Positions 13,925-28,590 of a stretch of 64,000 nucleotides of DNA are shown piece after piece (the stretch's first letter is position 1; the number at the start of each line of letters is the position of its first letter). A model generated the notes under the pieces. That model saw only the letters and a program-made list of their open reading frames with translations, did not search any database and was not told where the DNA came from. The stretch lies in assembly GCF_009914755.1 (NCBI RefSeq), contig NC_060926.1. One strand, given 5' to 3'. The DNA is from the human T2T-CHM13v2.0 reference genome, Homo sapiens. The translations under genes were made by a program, and so were the position numbers.

Positions 13925-14370
13925 ACACAGGGCTTTCAGTCAGAATGCCTGAGTCTTAACTCCTTCACCATCACTTACTAACCTTGGGTGTATTTCTTAA
14001 CCTTTCTAGGTCTCAGCTTTTGTATCTGTGAAATGAGTAATCAGACTAATGCTACCTTTGAGAGCAGTGATATCTTCAAGGTGAAGTTAGCGTTGCTTCA
14101 TAACCCTTCTATAATCTCCACCAGCTTTCTCCCCTAGACTACCCCAAATAAATATACAATCTAAGTAAAAACAAAAACATGAGCCAGCTAGGTGAACACA
14201 GCTTCCAGACAAGTACTATAGTCATCCACTTCTAACCAAATTACTACTATAAACCCTTTCTTTATAAAAAGTCATCTAGAGCTGCCACTGCCTCAGAAGG
14301 TGTTGAAGGGATTAAATGAGATATTTAATATAACACTTCTAGCGTGATGCCTAGCACATAGTAAATACTA
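13925..14370 (+). mobile_element. MIR split by a ~225-bp insertion
   Basis: MIR core 13925-14064 resumes at 14291 (gggattaaatgagatattt...tgcctagcacatagtaaa). Confidence 0.7.
14065..14290. mobile_element. Probable hAT-family MITE, family not identified
   Basis: Insert bounded by cagtg...cactg termini that interrupts a MIR. Confidence 0.45.
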
Positions 14371-14572
14371 ATGAAACAAAAATCACACATACACATATCC
14401 CACTAAATCATGATATAAGTGAGATGACATTTTAACTGGGGGTATATTGAACAGGTTTTTCCCTTCAGTGAGGGGGGGAAAATGGTTTGATAATTAAAAG
14501 CCTAGCACACTCTTGTTGCTCTTGGATCCTGTTTCCTTTCAGTTTTCCTGCCCTTGAGGTTCAGTGACTTTT

Positions 14573-14885
14573 CTCATTCTTTTGTTAATTCGGCCACCAT
14601 TTATTGAGTACCTACTGAGTTCCAGGTTCAGTCCTAGGTGCTGGCCGTACTAAGATGAAAAAACAGGGACTCTGTGCTCAGACGGCTCTAGTCAGAAAGA
14701 GAAGGAAGTTGGATAATTGCAATATGATGTGATCTGGATTAAAAATAAAGGTCTGTAAATGACATTAATGGAGCAAGCAGAAAAACATACTGAGGTCAGT
14801 CTGAGGGAGCCAGAGAAAGCATCCTAAAGGGAGAAACGTCTGAACTGGAGCTTGAAGGGAAGACAGGCATCTGCTGGGTAGAAAT
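14573..14885 (-). mobile_element. L2 LINE 3' end
   Basis: catttattgagtacctact...tcctaggtgctgg. Confidence 0.7.
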
Positions 14886-15362
14886 CCTCTTCATAGGATG
14901 TATGCAGATGCTGCTTGATGTGGGTTGTGAAATTTTCCATGACTGTTCATAAAGCTGAAATGACAGTAAATTTTGGCTTCTCTTTTTCCCAACATTTGGC
15001 TGTAGTGATGGAAAACCGAACAAGTAATTATTCAAATATGTTAGAGATGTGATAGAACAAACTCACCCATTCCTGCTCTCCTGTCCTTACCCTGTGGCTT
15101 TCATTCTTAGTATCAAGCGGGTCACTGTACCTTTAGCCAAGGCCTTCTCCCTGTGAAGCTTTGTAATTTTATCAGGAAGGAAAGTATTTCCCCTAAATCT
15201 TCCACTTATGTCTCATTAGACAGAATGGTGTCACGCAGCCACCATAAGTTGTGAGGGAGGCTGAAAATTAATCTAGCAAACTACAGTGCCTGCCAGAGCA
15301 AGAAATACAACTTCTCCATAATTCCTATCTGGTTTGGTCTTATTTTTATAGTTGTAGCCATT

Positions 15363-15785
15363 TGTTTTAGTTCTCTGGGGTTTCTTTAACAAAGTACCAC
15401 ACACTAAGTTACCTAAAACAACAAAATTATTCTTTCACAGTTCTGGAGGCTAGAAGTCCAAAGTCAAGGTGTAGAGCCATGCTCCATCTGAAACCCCTAG
15501 GGGAGTCCGTCACTGCCTCCTTGTAGCTTCTGCTGTCAATCTTTGGCGTCCCTGGGCTTGCAGCTGCATCACTCCAGTCTCCACCTTTGTCGTCACCTGG
15601 TGCTCTCCCTGGGTGTCTCTCTGTCTTCACGTGGCCGGTCATATTGGACGAGGGGCCCACTGTACTCCAGTGTCACCTCATCTTAACCTAACTAACAATA
15701 TCTGCAGTGACCCTGTTTCCAAATAAGGTCATATTTTGAGGTATTGTGGGTTAGGTGGAGGGAAGGAGATCAATCCATAATATCA
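15363..15785 (-). mobile_element. MaLR solo LTR (MLT1C/D-like)
   Basis: cacagttctggaggctagaagtccaaagtcaaggtg...gaccctgtttccaaataaggtcatatt; an older MLT1-like relic probably lies at ~15080-15290. Confidence 0.85.
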
Positions 15786-15889
15786 TTGCTTTGTGCTTAG
15801 TATATAAATAAGAAATGCTCTATTTCCAAGTGACGTTTCTTTATACCTAGGATTAGTAATGAACTTTTAAAAGCCTTATTTTTATTCCT

Positions 15890-17095
15890 AGTTTGAGAAA
15901 CAATTACTTTAACTACAAAATTGTGGCAATATGAAAGATTACTTGATAAACCATTTTCAAATAACTGGTTACAAATTTAGAAGAAAGTTTAAAAATCCAG
16001 ACTATACTGTATGCCAAAAAAATGTACACATGTGTTAAAGAGTTAAATATTTTATAGAATTGCAGGAACTGGTCTTTTGAATATTTGTGTGGTTATAAGA
16101 ATCAGTAAAGATTATAAAAGATTCATAAGTCCTAACTGTATAAAGTTGTAAAACTTATTGCACAAGAAAAAAAAAAAACAGTGGGAAATGACAGACTGGA
16201 AACATTACAACGAATAATTCAGACAATAGACATGAACAATTCATACAACTATTAAGACCCCAATAGCTAGCTGGTCAAAGGATGTGGCCAATCTAAAAAC
16301 ACCAGGTTTGTTAAGCAAGCATATGGGAAAATGTTCAGTAATAGTTTAAAAGTGCAGTTTAAAGTGAAGTGTGACTGATAAATTACTCTATTGCTGATGG
16401 TGATATAAATTGATATAATCCTTCTGAAGAGCATTTGGCAAATACATCCAGAGCTATAAAATGTTCATTCAATTGATGTTTCTGGGAACTTACCCTAACT
16501 AAATAGGCTAAAGAAGAAAAAAGCTGTGTTTATGAAGCTGTTAATTGCAGAACCATTTGTAATAAAGTGAAAACTTGGGAGCAATCTAGTTACCTGAAAG
16601 TAGAATAGTCAACTGACTTACGCATCCTTTTTTTGGAATATGCAGACATCAAAAGTTCTTGTAATGACCTGTGGCAACATGAAGAAATACCTGTGTTTTA
16701 AAGTTGCATGTTTTTTAGCCAGACGCCGTGGCATATGCCTGTAATCCCAGCACTTTGCTAGGCCGAGGCGGGTGGATCACCTGAGGTCAGGAGTTTAAGA
16801 CCAGCCTGGCCAACGTGGTGAAACCCTGTCTCTACTAAAGATACAAAAAAAGGCACTCTAGCCTGGGTGACAGAGTAAAACTTTGTCTTAAATAAATAAG
16901 TAAAGTTGCATGTTTTTAGAAAGTGGCATCTATGATTGCAGTTATGGTAAATTTAAAAGTATGCATGTGGAAAAAGTCAGCAACAGTGAGATAGTGAAGT
17001 GTGTAGAAGGTATTAGGGAGCCTGGAGTTGTGTTAAGGTGAATGATTACGAATCCTTTTCCCAACTTTCGTATAATTTAAAAAATATTTAAATGT
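15890..17095 (+). mobile_element. Old L1 (L1ME) ORF2 end/3' UTR relic
   Basis: catatgggaaaatgttcag, ttgctgatggtgatataaattgatataatccttctgaagagcatttggcaa. Confidence 0.65.
16717..16900 (+). mobile_element. AluS with internal deletion of most of the right arm
   Basis: Left arm and linker join directly to gcactctagcctggg; perfect 17-bp TSD taaagttgcatgttttt at 16699-16715 and 16901-16917. Confidence 0.93.
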
Positions 17096-18714
17096 ATTCA
17101 ACTTACAATGAGTTTAAAATCCTCCTGTACTTTTTGCATGTTAATGAAACCATTAGAAGGAAAGAAGAATTTAATGAGCTTTCTGGGAAAAAAAATAATT
17201 TTGCTCACAGTAGTATTGTAAATCACACCAGATGTTTTTCTGTCATAGAAAAGTCTGTACTATAGTGGGATTATTCTAATGTGAAAAAGTGACATTTGAA
17301 GAAAGCTTTTTAATACAGTATATGTGCATTATATGATTAATGGTGATGTTTTTGACTGGTGAAGTAATTATTTTAATCCTGTCTCATCATTCACTGTAGT
17401 TTTGTTTTGTGGCTGAGATTTTAAAGCTATGTTTATAAATAAAATAACTCTACCCACAGGCTGGAGAGAAATAGTTTTACTTTCACCATGACAAATGATC
17501 TCTTCTGACTTTCTAGTTATGACTTAATAGTGTGGATTTAATGGCAGGTGATCAATGTAGTTGATACTATTTTAGCAATCCCTTTTACTTGTGTTCTTAT
17601 AAAGAGGACTTGCCCCTCGCTTCTCAGAGTCAGAGTTTATGAGAACTGTAAAAACATGATCATTAGCCCTGTTCCTTGTTCCTGGTGGGGCACCCCTAGC
17701 ATGTTTCCTAGGCTTGCTGAACTGCTCAGCGTCCGCAAGGGAACACAGGTGCTGACTCTCTTTGGGGGTGTGAGAAGTAACCAGGGATGACAACCCCTCT
17801 GGGGTCTCCACAGGTAAAGCTTGATTATGCCTCTATGGTTGACTAGGCTTTGAATTCACTGGTCTGAATTTACTACCTGAATATTAAGGTTGGGTGGTAG
17901 TGCATCTCACCACCACTGCCTCCCCCTCTCCAAAGTAACAAGCGCATGCACACACGTGCGTACAGACACACACTCTTGGACACTGGTTTAACGTGAAACA
18001 ATCAACATATCCTTTAAGAGAAAAGGCGGGGTCTAGTGGGAGGAGTGTGGGAGTGGGAGTGATGATGGAAAGGAGTTAATCCGTATCTCCGAAATAAAGA
18101 CTAGACAATGAGGAGCCCTGCAAAGCAGTGCTGGACAATTGACATCCACTGACTCCCTAGTGAAATGCAGCCTGCCCTCAGTTATTCAGAGACCGAGCAT
18201 CTAAAGTGTGGATTATCCAGGCCATATGCTTCTCCTCCTTTGCCATCTGGCTGGTTGCCTGCTTCCCTTCTTATTCACATGGAAAATAGTCAAAATACCT
18301 CAGTCCATTTCTGCCAAACCTTTTCTATTACCTCTATCAACCCTCCCTTTAAGCTTATTCTGTGCACATCCTGGTCAAATCTGGTCACTTGGCATATTCT
18401 GATTCCTCCCAGGACACATTGGCTAGTTTCTAACGTACAGTCTTGTGCTTGTTGATCCTGGCTTCATAAGAGTCTTTTTTTATTATTTCTCACTTCACTA
18501 GCTCGTGAGCTCCTTTAAAGCAAGGGACATCTCCTCTGCTTTTAATATCCTCTTCAACTGGCCCAGAGAGCTCCTCTTCACAAGGCAGGTGTGGGACAAG
18601 TGTTGTTGGCTAAGTACTATTCATTGTCATTTCAACCAGATAAGTAATAAGAAAGTCACAACACAGAGGAGAAGTAAGCTGAAGTGCCATTTGCTGTAAA
18701 AATCAACCAAAAGA

Positions 18715-18880
18715 GAATCGCAGACTTTTAGAATTGGAAGGAACATTAGATATAGTTTTATCTCATTGATAGAGAAACATGGGCCCTTAGGAGTGAAGTA
18801 ACTTGTCCTTGGTCACCCAGAGCATTTGTAGCAGAGCTAGGACTAGACTTCACCTCTTTAGAGCCCATTTCTCTTATACT
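18715..18880 (-). mobile_element. MIR/MIR3
   Basis: gtgaagtaacttgtccttggtcacccag...gcagagctaggactaga. Confidence 0.7.
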
Positions 18881-19639
18881 CCAGTCATCCAAGGATTATA
18901 AAGGAATGGAGTTATGCAGAAGGTATGCAGAGAAGGAGTGGCTTAGGTTAGGTTCCCAGGAGGAGGAGTCTACATTAGTGACAGGTGACCAACCAAGATT
19001 AATGAAAAATTTTATCCCCCTTTTAAGTAAATTAATCTTTTGGGATTGTAGATATAATAGCAATAATTTGGAGTTATTTTTATTCATTTTAATGACTGAT
19101 CTAAAACAAGAATTGAAAAGATCTCATCGAGTGCCTAGAACAAAACTGACACATAGTAGACATCAATTAATATTTGTTGAGTGAAAGAATGAAACCAAAA
19201 CTGTCACATTTTAGCCTAAAGACTAGGAGTATTTTTCAGTTCCAGTATAATCAAACCCATTTATGAAAATTGTTAGAGTCTTTCTTTGAATTAAAATTTT
19301 CTTAGTTTGCCGTGTATTTTAATTGACTCTGGACAAATAATTCAGCCATGAGTTACAATGAACTTATAAATACCTGTTTTTGGATGCTGTAAATTACCAG
19401 AGAAAGCTAGTGCCCTGTCACTTACCAATGAAATGTCCATTGAACATTTTATGATCTTAGCCTAAACATTTCAAATAGGATTCCTGTAAATTTCCAAGGT
19501 AAATCTCAAACATCAGATAACATTTCCAAATCCAGTTGTGGGGGAATGTAATTCTATGTAATTTACATAGAATTTAGGTTTAGAATTATATAATTCATGA
19601 ACCTTTACATGAAGGCAAAATTGAATTCTATTGTTTTCT

Positions 19640-20430
<791 letters not shown>

Positions 20431-23400
20431 GAAAATAGGAATTTTTAGGTGTCAGAGATCACTTTCATGTAGACTTTGAAATGCTGGCTTTTAGAGACTT
20501 AGTACTTAATTTTGGCTCTTCATGGCAATAATAAACACATTTTTATTATGTATTAATACAATTGTATTTGATAAATGATAAGCTCCCAAATGCATTGTTT
20601 TAGATGGTTTTCAAACATTTAAATGCTTTAAATGCTGGTATTCTTCTAGTAATAATAATGATACATTATGCCTATCAGTTTCCTCATTCTTTTCAAAGCC
20701 TGGATGCTTTATTTGGCTAGTTGACATGAGGCAGTTTCTTGCTGGAGGCAAAATGTCATTGGACCATGAACTAATCTCCCTTCCCCCTCCCCATTTTACC
20801 CACTTCTAGGCTGATTATATAAACAATAATGTGTTGTCTTTTTAATTAAGTGAAAGTGACTCATTACAGGTGCTTTTCAACCATCTGAACTTATCTCCTA
20901 AATAGGCCTTGCATTATCTATACGCAAATGAGAATATGATTATCCAGGCAAGGCCACTCTAGAAAAGCATTTAAAGCAAGGAGCAGAGAGTCTTCTCCAG
21001 TTTTGCACGCGATAGGATGTAAGAGCAGAGCTATCCAATTAGAAAAGGAGACAGGGGAGGCGGGGAATGAGGCCATGCTTACCGAGCTTGTTCAACTTGA
21101 TGACATTATGGTTTTCATGATAAAGTCTGCAATAACCTTTATCTTTTTGCATTCAATTTAATGGCCTTGGAATCTGGAGAAGCCAGTAGGACCTCATTTA
21201 CCATGTAGCAAACATCAGCCTCTTCTGGTACAATATTTTGTGCTAACTAAAAGAGACATGAAATTAAAAATAGGTCAGAAGGCTTTCCGTTCCAGTTTTG
21301 TTGATTTAAGTGGGGCAGTGGGGAGGGTAGGCAAAACATTAGTTTCTTTTAAGTGATATTATGGAGAAAATAATCTATTAATGAGTGAAAAGAGATTATA
21401 GCACTATGAGAAAAGTAAAGATTATGTTTTGTGAAAAGAGCTCTTTCTGAAGCATCAGAGAAGCATAATTCCCAAAATGATTTCAAGTTATCTACAAGTA
21501 GTTTTGGCTTGAAGAAAGTAAGGGAATGTTATTTATTGGAAATATTTTAATTGTCTTTATGTAAGGCTGTGATGGAAGAGGTGAATGTGTGTTTTACCAA
21601 ATCATTTCTTCATTCATAAGACAGTACATTTAAATCCTGTGAGAAACTTTTCTCAAAAGGAATTTTTTTCTTTTTTTTTTAAAAAAATGAACAAAAATAA
21701 TGCTGCTTCTGAAAGTATGTTTAGAAGGCCCTGGCTTCTCAATAAGAGTGGATAAGGAATGTAAACTCAGGTACATTACAGCTTTTCTCAAAAAGAATTT
21801 AATTATAAGAGTGTGGATAATAAATGTAAATTCTGGGCCATGGCTACATGACTGTAATGAAACACATTATAGAAATACAAATAGCTGTTGACATTCTAGG
21901 TGAGTTATTTCTCCCTTCTCCATTCCACTATGACAGTCGCTCTGTTTCACTGAGCACGCTGAAACCCATTGTGCCCTCTAATTATGATGCTAAAGGCCTC
22001 TGGAAAAGGTCCCCCCCACCCCACCTTTTTTTTATTGGTCACTAACAAATCCCTCATTATTATTCCCAAATTAAGAAAAAAAACCTTATGGCAAGAGTCA
22101 AAGTGGGCAGAGATGACCTTCTGACAGAAAAAAAGTTCCTATTTTAAATGAGGTAGCACACTTAAACTTATATTCGAACAATGTGATCCCTCTCAAATAC
22201 ACTGGATAAATATTTTTCTGACACTGCAAGCAGGAAGATAAGCATCTCCTTATACACCAGGGCCACAAGTGCTCTCAAGAAGCACCTACTATCAGAAAGA
22301 ACCACAAAACTAAAATGATTGATTTTTGACAGGGACATTCTGAATCCAGACTGGGTCACATTAATGTGTTTAACAGGTTGTTTCAGATATCCTTCAGATA
22401 TCTGAGGATACAGGCAGTTGCTAATTTGTTCTAATGTGCTGGTCAGAGTGCAGCCCCACCTGAAATCCAGTTTGTATGAGAGCCATATGAAGGCCATCCC
22501 GTGGAGAGGTCAGGACCTCTCAGAGTTGAATTTTAGAAGATTCAGATAACTTCTTCAATTTGAGGTTCCTGGTACATTAAAGAACTAAAGAAATGCCAGA
22601 AGAGTGTTGCACAAGTTAATTGATTTTCAGTGGTTACATATAACATATCAATGTCTAACCTGACTCATTTGGAGAGGGCTTTAAAAGTCTTAGCATTGAG
22701 GATCCCCATGAATATTGTGAACCTGAAGTTCAGAATGACTCTTCCACCCTCCCTATGAAAGGATTGGCAGATCAGAAATTTGGTTACATGTGCCATCAAG
22801 ATATTTCTGGCCAAGGTCATGCCTTCCATGCTTTATGGTATGTAAGTTTGGAATTAAACTAAGTCTTCAAGTTCATGAATAGATGGACATAGAACTTTTT
22901 TCGGAACAATTCATGTCCCTGACTACAAGTGTTCCTGGGGCCACGTCTGAAAGCAGCTTATCACTTCACTAATACAGCAAAAGCAAGGCATTCTGTTGTT
23001 CAAAATACATCTTTGCCAGGTACATGCTTACTACTTTGTAGATTTTTAGGACCAAAAAAAGCTTATTTTGGTAACCGAATAACTGACAATGATGGATTCT
23101 CAAACATTTCTGCTAACCAAAGAAGGAAAATGAGATTGTACCCCTTTAGAGCTGGAGTCCAAAATAGTATGGCATACTTAACGTTTATCTAACATCTTAG
23201 GTGTTCATTTCAAAATTCATATAAATGTCTCATTTTCCTCCATACTCTGTTTTTATATAAAATAATGGTATCTCTCTCCTCAAATTATTTTTCACACAGA
23301 TTTACTCTCCTGAATTTTCCAGAAATGTAGATACTTTTAAATCAAAGGAAGGCTGTATTTTGTTTTGTTTAGAACTTTTCTATTCCAGAAAATCATGTCA

Positions 23401-23854
23401 ATTGACAGCAAAGCCACTTGTGGTCATTGAGCCTCCTGTGTAAAGCACCGACGTCATTCTGTAGTTGTCATCACTGTATTCAGGGTGATTCTACACGTAG
23501 GAGTGAGCATTTGACAGCTTCCATGTCTTCTAGTGCGGCTGAGAATTTACATATTAAGATACACATTATTTATTATCAATTACTTTCCTGTTTCAATGTC
23601 CATTTAGAGCACTAAAAATATCTTTGTAGGTAGTTGATATTACTTATGAATTTTATTTCAGGAGAGCAAAGGAAAATACAAGATAGTTGTATGAAAAGGG
23701 GGCACCGGGTGTGCTAGAGTGGCTCACCACCGCCCTACACAGTGGGCTAATTGGCTGGAGAGTAGAGCTGACTCTGCACAGTTGCATGCTGACCCTCTGA
23801 AGAATTTTTTTACAAAAGCGTGACGTCGCGTGAAGACCTTGACAGAATTAGCAA

Positions 23855-24015
23855 AGCGGTTGAGATGCATACTTTGGAGTCAGACAGACTCCAGTTCACA
23901 TCTTGGCTTTTATACTTACAGCTGTATAACCGTAGACAATCTATCTACCCTCTGGCCGACTCCATTTCCTCAATTATAAGATAGGATAACTTGTGAAATG
24001 CTTTCCACAAGATTA
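23855..24015 (+). mobile_element. MIR
   Basis: ctttggagtcagacagactccagttc...acttacagctgt. Confidence 0.65.
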
Positions 24016-24453
24016 CTATTGCATTTATTCTCCTCACCACTCTTAATGAAGAGAGTCTTGTAACAGATAACTCTAATTGTCTTCAGAGTTCAGGTCCCCA
24101 AGAAAGATTATGCCTTCTAAAAGCTAGTCTGTTTCCTTCCAGTGGGAGCCATTTCATTCATGCTGCTCTACTCTTTACTTGGACTGCTAGCAAACATGGA
24201 GCTAAGTACTCATGCTTAATTTCTGTGGCTTTCCTCAAATAGGGTTTCAATACTATAGTTTGCCCTCACTCCATTCCCTCCTCCAATTCCCCCTTACTGC
24301 TAAATTTTGGTCTTTCATCCCATGTTGTTAGCTGTTGGTCCTAGTGATCCTGTGGTTTTTATTATAAAACCACTTTTGTGTGTGTGTGTAGTTTTTTTTT
24401 TTTTTTTTTTTTGGTAAAATGATTATCTTAAATCATTTAGAAAAAGTAGGTGA

Positions 24454-24955
<502 letters not shown>

Positions 24956-25211
24956 TTATGGTACTTTATAGTATTTATTTCTGTAGGTGGCAAAGTTACT
25001 TTTTTCCCTTAATTTATACTGTCTATTCATGGTAGTATTAGATCTTTACTGTATCACTTACTTGGGGAAATATGACAATAACACTAAGATGATATTTTAC
25101 CTAAAATACTCATCTATAGAGTTATTTCAGCATAAACTATTTATTTCTATTTTCTTAGCAAAAATCTGAAGAATAGCACACATTGCTGTCTCTCATCATA
25201 TTATTATAGAA

Positions 25212-25720
25212 CAGTAATTCTCAAGATTTTTGGTCCCTGGACACCTCTTTGCACTTTTAAAAATTATTGAAGACCCAAAGAACTTTTGTTTATATGAGTT
25301 ATATCTATCAATATTTATTGTATTAGAAATTAAAACTGAGAAATTTTAAAAATATTTACAAACTCATTCAAAATAACATTAAACTCATTATGTCTTAACA
25401 TAAATAACATATTTTTATGAAAAGTAATTATATTTTCCAAAACAACAATAATGGGTAAAACATTCTTATAGAAGAGTGTCATTATTTTTACAAACCTCTT
25501 TAATGTCTGTCTTAGTGGAAGACAGCTGGACTGTCTTATCTGCTTCTGCATTTAGTCTTTTGCCATAACGTATGTTATGTGGCCTCATGTGAGAATGAGA
25601 GTGAAAAGGGCAAATATGTATCATTACTATTATTATCGTTAAAATAGCTTGGACCTTATAGATCTCCTGGAAGTGTCAAGGGGATGCTCCAGGGTCTGGA
25701 CTACACTTTGAGAACTGCTG
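25212..25720. mobile_element. Charlie1-family (Charlie1b-like) hAT transposon
   Basis: TIRs cagtaattctcaa...ttgagaactgctg; internal ttaaaaattattgaagacccaaag and gtgagaatgagagtgaaaaggg; tatagaa on both flanks. Confidence 0.8.
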
Positions 25721-25927
25721 CTGTATAGAAGATAGGCAATGCATATTGCAACATAAGAAATGGAAATAATATTTTGCTCACATTTTAATTTTTAGTGGTT
25801 TCAAAGAGCCACTAAGTTTTAAAAAATATGCCTCTTAATCCTTCCTCCAAAGTCTACAGAAACATTAAGGGTCAAACTATGGTTGACAAGAAAGTTTAGA
25901 TTTTTTCCTTGAAGATCTGGCCAATAT

Positions 25928-26205
25928 ATTTTTTTGTTTGTTTGTTTTGAGACAGGGTCTCACGCTGATGCCTAGGCTGGAGTACAGTGGCACAATCATG
26001 GCTCACTGCAGCCTCAGCTCAGGTGATCCTCTCACCTCAGCTTCCTGAGTAGCTGGGACTATGGGCACACACTACCATGCCTGGCAAATGTTTTGTGTAT
26101 TTTGTAGAGACAGGGTCTCACTATGTTGCCCAGGCTGGTCTTGAACTCCTGGGTTCAAGTGATCCTCCCATCTTGGCCTCCCACACCTGGCCACCACACC
26201 TGGCC
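25928..26205 (-). mobile_element. AluJ
   Basis: Antisense J-type Alu; 5' part replaced by tandem ccacacctggcca x2. Confidence 0.88.
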
Positions 26206-26544
26206 AGGCCAGTGTATTTTGAAAGGTACTAGCAATATATGGCATCAATGTTATGTTTTTGGGAATAGTTTTTTTTTAAATATATGTATTGAACAGGGAT
26301 GATCCTTTTACTTGTGGTATATAAGAAAACTTAGCTTTTTTACCCTTCCAATCTATAGTGGTAAAGTTGCTTTATTAAACCATTATTTTTATTTGTGTGT
26401 GTTGCTTGTTGTATCATCTTTATACCATTCAATAATGAGAGTAGAACAAATCGATTTCTCTTATTCCTGCTGTGAGATGGTTCATAATGAAAGGTAGATG
26501 GCTTGCCTAATTTACAGAGTGGCATTAGGTTCAGAATGAGTTAG

Positions 26545-26928
<384 letters not shown>

Positions 26929-27479
26929 TGATAGAATCTCCGTTACAGTGTGATTTTGCTAGTTTCATTAATTACTTGTGTTTTGTTTCTCTTTCCATGA
27001 AAGAACAATCTTAAACTATCAAGCACTTCCCCAGGAGAAAATGGATCACTTGCCCAACAGTGGCATTAGAGTTAGGTTTAGGATATTTTGAAGTGGCAGA
27101 GGTATTAAGTAGTCTTAGTAGACACAACCCAACTAAATTTCTTTGGGTTTCAGACAGGTGGTGGTAAAATAGACAAGGTCAAGAAGTGTCAACTACTATC
27201 TCTAGTGACTACATGAGTCCTTGCTGGGCCCTGTGAATCTCCTTTATATCACATCAGACTTTTCATGGAAGATTAGATTATGCCTTCACCTAAAAAATAG
27301 CTTGCCCATATGAGTCTATATCTATCACTGTATGCAACCCTCATGATTTGGGACAGCTGTAATTATTGGGAAAGGTTTTTTCCCAACTTAATCAGAGACT
27401 AACAGATACTGTTGTCCACACTATAGTACCTCAAGTGTTTGAAGACAGTTCCCATGTTTTACTCTTGGATCTGCATGAG

Positions 27480-27860
27480 CCTTCTCATCTCCAGCCTCAG
27501 CTCTGTTCTTTATATGAAAATGTTGCCAGTCCCTTTCCTACCCTTGTTCTCTCTCCTGTTGTCCTGTTCCAGTTTTCAGTGTCCGTCTTAAAAGTATGAT
27601 GCCTAGAATGACAATCAGTGCTTCTGATATTGAACGACTATAAGAGGAGAGTGGGGCCAACTGCTTTCTTACTGCCATTGTCTGCTAATGAAGCTGAAGA
27701 TCTGGCTTCTTTGGCAGTTGTATCACAGGAACTTGTACTGTGTTTACTGTCAATGGAAATTGTGTCTTAGTCACATCAAACTATTAAGCTATATTTTCCT
27801 CATCCTGCATTTGGGCAATTGTACGTGCACATTCAAAACTGAATCCATTGAAGTTTCACA
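27480..27860 (-). mobile_element. CR1/L3 relic
   Basis: ttcagtgtccgtcttaaaagtatgatgcctagaatgac resembles antisense L3 ORF2. Confidence 0.4.
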
Positions 27861-27906
27861 AGAAAGTGTTCTTTTTTGTTTTCTGTTTTTGTCAGTGGAA
27901 ATAACA

Positions 27907-28178
27907 TTTTATTTAATTTTTTTAGATATGGGGGTCTCACTTTGTCACCCAAGATGGAGTGCAGTGGTGCCATCATATCTCACTGCTCAGGTAATCCTCT
28001 CACCTCAGCATCCTGAGTAGCATATGCATCACCATGCCAGGTTAAATTTTAATTTTTTTGTAGAGATGGGATTTTGCCATATTGCCCAGGCTGGTCTTGA
28101 ACTCCTGGGCTCAAGCGACTTTCCTACCTCAGCCTCCCAAAGTGCTGGGATTAGAGATGTGTGCTATTGTTCCTGGCC
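27907..28178 (-). mobile_element. AluJ
   Basis: Diverged antisense Alu. Confidence 0.88.
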
Positions 28179-28179
28179 T

Positions 28180-28590
28180 AACTTTTTATTTTGCTGTAAT
28201 TTTAAATTTACAGGAAGGTTTCAAGAATAGTTCAAAAGATTCCTATATGTCATTTGCTTTATCATTCTCTAAATGAATAAATATAGATTAGATACACATA
28301 TAAATAATTACATATAAGTTTTTTCTGGACAATTTGAGAGTAAATTGCAGATTATCATGCCTCTTTAAATATTTCAGTTTATTTTTACCAAGAATAAGAA
28401 TATTTTCTTAAACAGCCATGGTATAATTATAAAATCAGGAAATTTAACATTGGTATAATACCATTATCTAATCCATGATCCACACTCAAGTCTCACCAAT
28501 TATCCCACTAAGGTCCTTTATAGTGTTTTTGGAAGTGGGAGGGTTTCCAGGTCCAGAATCCAATCTAGGATCATGCATTTCATTCATATA
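28180..28590 (-). mobile_element. L1MC-like 3' end
   Basis: atttgagagtaaattgcag...aaatcaggaaatttaacatt...gtccagaatccaatctaggatca. Confidence 0.7.
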
